Virus record (IMG/VR): IMGVR_UViG_3300026229_000001 | Span: 1-29,561 of that record | Reading direction: 5' to 3' (one strand) | Length of the DNA: 29,561 bases | DNA from: a virus | Part shown: piece after piece, positions 16,733 to 21,519 of the stretch | Layout of the letters: each line of letters begins with the position of its first letter | Position numbering within the stretch: position 1 is the first letter of the stretch | The notes under the pieces: generated by a model | Databases searched by the model: none | Seen by the model: only the letters and a program-made list of their open reading frames with translations | Told to the model about the DNA's origin: nothing | Translations under genes and position numbers: made by a program

Positions 16733-16769
16733 GACGGGTTCCTTTTCTCGTGTGGTGGGTTGATGGTTT

Positions 16770-17078
16770 TTATCGTGTAGCTTCGGCAATGATGGCGTCC
16801 ACGTCGATCGTGTCGATCATGTCGTGGAGGTCTTCTGCCTCGTCCGGGGTGAGTGGCTGCCAGCCGGGTGGCCCATACACTGCACCGTCGAGGGTGACAG
16901 TCCACATGGGTCGGATGAGTCGTATGGCTTCTTGTACTTTAGCGTGGTACATGCGGCGCACCATAGCCAGATCCATGTCGTCTGAATGGTCTCCGGTGAG
17001 GCTGTGGAGGCTGAGGGGGTCGATTTCTGTCTGCCCGTAGAGGCTGGTGAAGGATGGTGTGATGAGTGTGCCATCCAT
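16770..17078 (-). CDS. Early-region hypothetical acidic protein, paralogue B (102 aa); first gene of the leftward arm
   Basis: ATG at 17078 after AAAGGAG. It has the same length as its paralogue and shares the residues Y, V, RP, DG, V, W, PLT, EA, L, I, V and R. Confidence 0.75.
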   Translation of the reverse strand: MDGTLITPSFTSLYGQTEIDPLSLHSLTGDHSDDMDLAMVRRMYHAKVQEAIRLIRPMWTVTLDGAVYGPPGWQPLTPDEAEDLHDMIDTIDVDAIIAEATR

Positions 17079-17134
17079 GGGTGTGCTCCTTTCGGTGGTG
17101 TAGGGATTGTCGCGGTTTCTAGAGTGTGCGGGCT

Positions 17135-17164
17135 GCGACCCCATGTCAAGGCTACGCTCATTCG
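17135..17164 (-). promoter_or_regulatory. Palindrome-plus-TTGACA box, copy 2 (candidate leftward early promoter/operator)
   Basis: Read on the minus strand: CGCTCA-atccgaa-TGAGCG, then 5 nt, then TTGACA. The hexamer starts 62 nt upstream of the ATG at 17078. Confidence 0.45.
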
Positions 17165-17749
17165 GATTGAGCGTTTCATGCTGGAGTGTCTGGTGTGACA
17201 GATGTCACTTAAGCCATTATGGCCTCTCTCAGCGCCTGATATATGTCCGGGGTAGGATTATATAGGGTTGGCCCTGCTGTTCGATTCTAGGGCCCTTCTA
17301 GGGCGTCTCAGGGGTATGTCTGGGTGATAGCGGGTGTGGCAGATGATCTAGCGAGTCAAGGTGCCGAGCTGAGACATAAGATCTATCATCTAGGTGTGTG
17401 AGATGCATCACATCCTCCTGGCTTAGTGTGCACCCTCAAGGCTACTCTGCCCATCTGGCGTGGAGGGTGTAGCCCAGAAATGCCGTTTAAAGCTTCAGGG
17501 GTACGCCTAGGAGCGCCTTGCAGGGTGGGGGCTAGGTATTTATACCCCCAGCATATTCTGATCGATTATAGACGCCTACAGGAGCTTGATACGCGATCCG
17601 CTATCCAGACGCAGATCATCAGCCCCCATCTTGCTTAGCTAAGCCTGCACTATGTGGACAGTGTGGGATGCTAAGAGGGAAGAAGGACACGGTAAAAAGA
17701 AGAGGGGGGAGCATCAGCCTTCACACCTTAAGGTCTTAGCACTGATGGA

Positions 17750-17786
17750 CTTAGCACCGAGCCCCTCAAGGGCTCGGCATCAGCCC
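17750..17786 (+). repeat. 37-bp perfect direct repeat, copy 1 (contains hairpin 17757-17777)
   Basis: The sequence cttagcaccgagcccctcaagggctcggcatcagccc is identical to 18272-18308. It holds an 8-bp stem, ccgagccc with gggctcgg, and a 5-nt loop. Confidence 0.95.
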
Positions 17787-18271
17787 GAGCAGGCTCAGCC
17801 CATCAGGCACAGCCCTGAAAGGGGTACACGCCATCAGGGAAGGCTTGAGAGTACGAGGAGCCTTAGCGACGAGTACTCGAAAGCCTGAGGGAACACCATC
17901 AGCACTGATGGGCCTAGCGTGTTCGGAAAGAACACAGGAGTACAGTGTGACAGCTGTCCGGGAGTGAACCCGTTCTGACTAGGGGTTTCAGCCTTAACCA
18001 CCCTCAAAGGTTACAAGACTCTAAGAAAATTTAAGGAAAAGTTTAGGTTTAATTTTTGGACCTTTACCACCAAAAACACCCGTTTACACCCCTCAAACCC
18101 GCCTATAGAGCCAAACGCCGATGTTGAGGGTATCTCTACCTAGTGTGATAGGCTGGACAGGTAGCCAGCTGGACGCAAGGCCAGAAAGTGCTGACGCACT
18201 TCCCATCCTCGCTTACCATCAGTCTACCAAACACTTAAAGACCTAAGGGCTTAGCGCTAAGGTGCTGATAG

Positions 18272-18308
18272 CTTAGCACCGAGCCCCTCAAGGGCTCGGC
18301 ATCAGCCC
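18272..18308 (+). repeat. 37-bp perfect direct repeat, copy 2 (contains hairpin 18279-18299)
   Basis: Identical to 17750-17786, offset by 522 bp. Confidence 0.95.
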
Positions 18309-18360
18309 TAAAGTCTTAAACACTTAAAGTACATATAAAACTTTAAAAGCTTAGCACTTA

Positions 18361-18660
18361 AGGTTATCAATAAACATTAAAGCTTTAAAATCTTAAAGTA
18401 AATATAACACCTTAAAGGCTTAGCACTTAAGGATATAAACTTTACATCAGTGTTTAAGACTTTAAAACTTAAAATAACTATTAAGACTTAAAGACTTATA
18501 AGCTTTAAACACTTAAAGTAACTATAAGACTTTAAAAACCTTAAGTACTTAAGGTTAACCATCAGTCTTAAACTTTAATATTATAACCTATAAGCTTTAA
18601 GACTTATAGGTTATAATATAATATAAGTTATAAAAGTTTTAGAAGAGCTAAAGGGTTAAC
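18361..18660. repeat. AT-rich core (23% GC) built from CTTAAAG / CTTTAAA / CTTAAGG-type motifs
   Basis: Hand count: 14 G+C in each of the five 60-nt lines 18361-18660, which is 70/300. It contains the 20-bp perfect palindrome at 18537-18556 and the 17/8/17 inverted repeat at 18578-18619. Confidence 0.9.
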
Positions 18661-19047
18661 TTCTTTACTTCTCTACTCTCTTTGGTACTTTCTCTCTTCT
18701 CTTCTTTTCTTCATCAGGGGAGAAGAGGAACCTTTACCGTCAACGCTGATGAGCTTTCACCGTGTGACTCGTGTACCACCGGTCGTACGCTCCCGGTTTG
18801 TACACTCCCCACACTTACTCTACCCGTGCCCCTTTAAGGCTTGGCGTGTTCGGCTGAAGGCGTACGGCGTGTCACGCCAACACCCTTAACACTAGGTAAG
18901 ACTTAAAGTGTATATTATATGTAGAAGACTTTAAAAACTTTAAGGGTGTTCCTGCTGAGCCCGTGTCCTTCAACGCTAGGCGCCAAGCGCTAAGCCTTGA
19001 AACGCGAACACACACCCACCCCCTTTTTTCTTTCGTGTCCTTCTCTT

Positions 19048-19076
19048 TTGACACAGCTGGGGGGCGATGTGATTTT
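19048..19076 (+). promoter_or_regulatory. Candidate rightward promoter upstream of the HNH gene and cos
   Basis: TTGACA at 19048-19053, a 17-nt spacer, and TG-t-GATTTT at 19068-19076. The -10 element is weak. The candidate rests on its position only. Confidence 0.3.
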
Positions 19077-19265
19077 TCTCACATGCCAGGGGGTAGTGGA
19101 GAAAACAACCACCCCAGAATATTCAAGACACCCCCTCAAACAAACAAAACAGCCCCTAGAATCGACTAGCAGGGCAAGGGTAGAGTATTCATACCCCCAA
19201 CGGTTCCCAGGCCGTTACAGAGGCAAATAAGACCCATACAAGGCTAGGCGAGGAACAGACACAAC

Positions 19266-19568
19266 ATGGCACGCACCAACCGCACAGCCACCGCAGCCCA
19301 CCGACGCTGGCGGCAACGACTCATCACCCAAGCCCGACAACAAGGCCAAACCGAATGCCCACTCTGCGGAGCAACCATCACCTGGAACACCCATGATCTC
19401 CCAACCAGCCCCGAAGCCGACCACATCACACCCGTCAGCAGGGGAGGACTCAACACCCTCGACAACGGGCAAATCATCTGCAGAACATGCAACAGAAGCA
19501 AAGGCAATCGCAGCGAACCAAACATCCAATTCCAACAACAAACCACAAAAACCCTGATCCCATGGTGA
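19266..19568 (+). CDS. HNH endonuclease
   Basis: 100-aa ORF with the RBS GAGGAA. The motif runs CPLCG...EADHITPVSRGG...LDNGQIICRTCNRSKGN. It lies 52 nt upstream of cos. Confidence 0.9.
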   Translation: MARTNRTATAAHRRWRQRLITQARQQGQTECPLCGATITWNTHDLPTSPEADHITPVSRGGLNTLDNGQIICRTCNRSKGNRSEPNIQFQQQTTKTLIPW

Positions 19569-19619
19569 AAAACCTGCCAACCCCCACCGGGGACACCCCC
19601 TGCACAGGCGTGCAAGACC

Positions 19620-19630
19620 TCGTACGGCTT
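19620..19630 (+). other. cos cohesive-end sequence (physical genome ends)
   Basis: The 11-mer tcgtacggctt is followed by agtgaaatacctccc. This matches my recollection of the 11-base single-stranded extension and the first bases reported for P. acnes phage genomes. It sits between the HNH and TerS genes. The recollection is unverified. Confidence 0.7.
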
Positions 19631-19685
19631 AGTGAAATACCTCCCTTTTGTGGATTTGTCTGTTTGTCGACTTTTTGTGTTGGTG

Positions 19686-20003
19686 GTGAGTGTTGTGCAG
19701 CCTGAGCTTCCCGGGTCTCGTGATTGGTGTGGGGAGACGCGTCGTTGGTGGCGTGTGTGGGGTGAGGATAGCCGCGCGCAGTATGTGTCTGATGAGGAGT
19801 GGCTGTTTCTCATGGATGCTGCGGTGATTCATGATGTGGTGTGGCGTGAGGGTCGCGCGGATTTGGTGGCTTCGCTTCGTGCTCATGTGAAGGCTTTTAT
19901 GGGTATGTTGGATCGGTATTCGGTTGATGTGGCGTCTGGTGGCCGTGGTGGGGGTTCTGCGGTGGCGATGATTGACCGGTATAGGAAGCGCAAGGGGGCC
20001 TGA
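19686..20003 (+). CDS. Terminase small subunit (by position)
   Basis: The ORF is open from 19632, but its first codons lie on the genome end and are T-rich. Plausible starts are the in-frame GTG/TTG codons at 19677-19695. It lies directly upstream of TerL. Confidence 0.7.
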   Translation: MSVVQPELPGSRDWCGETRRWWRVWGEDSRAQYVSDEEWLFLMDAAVIHDVVWREGRADLVASLRAHVKAFMGMLDRYSVDVASGGRGGGSAVAMIDRYRKRKGA

Positions 20004-20007
20004 GTAG

Positions 20008-21519
20008 GTGTCTGGTGTTGTTGGGTCTCAGGTTCCTCGTCATCGGGTGGCTGCGGCGTATTCGGTGTCTGCTGGCGGTGATGCTGGGGAGTTGGGTCGT
20101 GCGTATGGGTTGACGCCTGATCCGTGGCAGCAGCAGGTGTTGGATGATTGGCTTGCTGTGGGGGCTGGTGGCTGTTTGGCTTCTGGTGTGTGTGGCGTGT
20201 TTGTGCCTCGCCAGAATGGCAAGAATGCTATTTTGGAGATTGTGGAGTTGTTTAAGGCGACTATTCAGGGTCGTCGTATTTTGCATACGGCTCACGAGTT
20301 GAAGTCGGCTCGTAAGGCGTTTATGCGGTTGAGGTCGTTTTTTGAGAATGAGCGGCAGTTTCCTGACTTGTATCGTATGGTGAAGTCGATTCGTGCGACG
20401 AATGGTCAGGAGGCTATTGTGTTGCATCATCCGGATTGTGCCACGTTTGAGAAGAAGTGTGGTTGTCCGGGTTGGGGTTCTGTCGAGTTTGTGGCCCGTA
20501 GCCGGGGTTCGGCTCGCGGGTTTACGGTTGATGATTTGGTGTGTGATGAGGCTCAGGAGTTGTCGGATGAGCAGTTGGAGGCTTTGCTTCCTACCGTGAG
20601 CGCTGCCCCGTCTGGTGATCCTCAGCAGATTTTTTTGGGTACGCCGCCTGGGCCGTTGGCTGACGGGTCTGTGGTGTTGCGTCTTCGCGGGCAGGCGCTT
20701 GGTGGAGGTAAGAGGATTGCGTGGACGGAGTTTTCGATTCCTGACGAGTCTGATCCGGATGATGTGTCGCGGCAGTGGCGGAAGTTGGCGGGGGATACGA
20801 ATCCTGCATTGGGGCGTCGTCTGAATTTTGGGACTGTGTCGGATGAGCATGAGTCGATGTCTTCTGCCGGGTTTGCTCGGGAGCGGCTTGGCTGGTGGGA
20901 TCGTGGCCAGTCTGCTTCGTCGGTTATACCGGCGGATAAGTGGGTCCAGTCTGCTGTGGTTGAGGCGAGTCTGGTTGGCGGGAAGGTTTTTGGTGTCTCG
21001 TTTTCTCGTTCGGGGGATCGTGTCGCGTTGGCTGGTGCTGGCAGGACTGATGCTGGTGTTCATGTTGAGGTTATTGATGGCCTGTCGGGGGCGATTGTTG
21101 ATGGTGTGGGCCAGCTGGCTGATTGGTTGGCGGTTCGTTGGGGTGACACTGAAAAGATCATGGTTGCCGGGTCTGGTGCGGTGTTGTTGCAGAAGGCGTT
21201 GATGGATCGTGGTGTTCCGGGTCGTGGCGTGGTGGTTGCCGATACTGGGGTGTATGTGGAGGCGTGTCAAGCGTTTTTGGAGGGTGTTCGTTCGGGTGTT
21301 GTGTCTCATCCTCGTGCCGATTCGAGGCGTGACATGTTGGATATTGCTGTGAGGTCGGCTGTGCAGAAGAAGAAGGGTTCTGCGTGGGGTTGGGGTTCCT
21401 CGTTTAAGGACGGCAGTGAGGTTCCTTTGGAGGCTGTGTCGTTGGCGTATCTTGGTGCGAAGATGGCGAAAGCGAAGCGGCGTGAACGGTCTGGTAGGAA
21501 GCGGGTGTCTGTGGTATGA
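20008..21519 (+). CDS. Terminase large subunit
   Basis: 503-aa ORF with a Walker A-like VPRQNGKN and an acidic VCDEAQEL. Position supports the call. Confidence 0.9.
   Translation: MSGVVGSQVPRHRVAAAYSVSAGGDAGELGRAYGLTPDPWQQQVLDDWLAVGAGGCLASGVCGVFVPRQNGKNAILEIVELFKATIQGRRILHTAHELKSARKAFMRLRSFFENERQFPDLYRMVKSIRATNGQEAIVLHHPDCATFEKKCGCPGWGSVEFVARSRGSARGFTVDDLVCDEAQELSDEQLEALLPTVSAAPSGDPQQIFLGTPPGPLADGSVVLRLRGQALGGGKRIAWTEFSIPDESDPDDVSRQWRKLAGDTNPALGRRLNFGTVSDEHESMSSAGFARERLGWWDRGQSASSVIPADKWVQSAVVEASLVGGKVFGVSFSRSGDRVALAGAGRTDAGVHVEVIDGLSGAIVDGVGQLADWLAVRWGDTEKIMVAGSGAVLLQKALMDRGVPGRGVVVADTGVYVEACQAFLEGVRSGVVSHPRADSRRDMLDIAVRSAVQKKKGSAWGWGSSFKDGSEVPLEAVSLAYLGAKMAKAKRRERSGRKRVSVV

Larger units (their letters stand above)
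17079..19265. other. 2.2-kb gene-free, repeat-dense region (candidate ori / promoter hub / ncRNA locus)
   Basis: The only ORFs here are 60-78 codons long, lack ribosome-binding sites and have odd composition. All other intergenic gaps in the genome are about 120 nt or less. Dense repeats, palindromes and an AT-rich core are listed under findings. Confidence 0.85.

Noticed and set aside
17653-17661. DnaA-box-like 9-mer (reverse complement CTGTCCACA, 8/9 to TTGTCCACA)
   Set aside because: There is only a single near-consensus copy, with weaker relatives at about 17600 and 18155. That is too little to call a host-DnaA-dependent origin.
17426-17888. Plus-strand ORFs 17426..17638 (70 aa) and 17652..17888 (78 aa) in the gene-free region
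   Set aside because: There is no ribosome-binding site and the predicted products are low-complexity and charged. The recurring CATCAG motif falls in different frames. I treat these as noncoding, although ribosome profiling could overturn this.
18310-18660. Possible CRISPR-like or regular tandem-repeat array in the AT-rich block
   Set aside because: The repeated words are short (7-19 nt), irregularly spaced (about 60, 69, 79 and 110 nt) and interleaved in both orientations. There is no constant repeat/spacer periodicity.
18746-18775. CTGATGAG, the hammerhead ribozyme core word, plus other CTGATG/CATCAG copies tested on both strands
   Set aside because: No copy is followed by a stem II hairpin and a GAAA core with appropriate flanking helices. 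The other copies read CTGATGG or CTGATGC, which breaks the conserved core.
17272-19174. Mobile element (MITE-like) bounded by the 19/21 inverted repeats, or by the 37-bp direct repeats
   Set aside because: I can see no transposase and no target-site duplication flanking the inverted repeats. The region appears to be a standard part of this phage type's architecture. I kept it as a regulatory-box finding instead.
18872-19230. Small ORFs 18872..19054 (-), 18963..19169 (+) and 18997..19230 (+)
   Set aside because: They overlap each other in different frames, have no ribosome-binding sites, and span promoter-like and repeat sequence.
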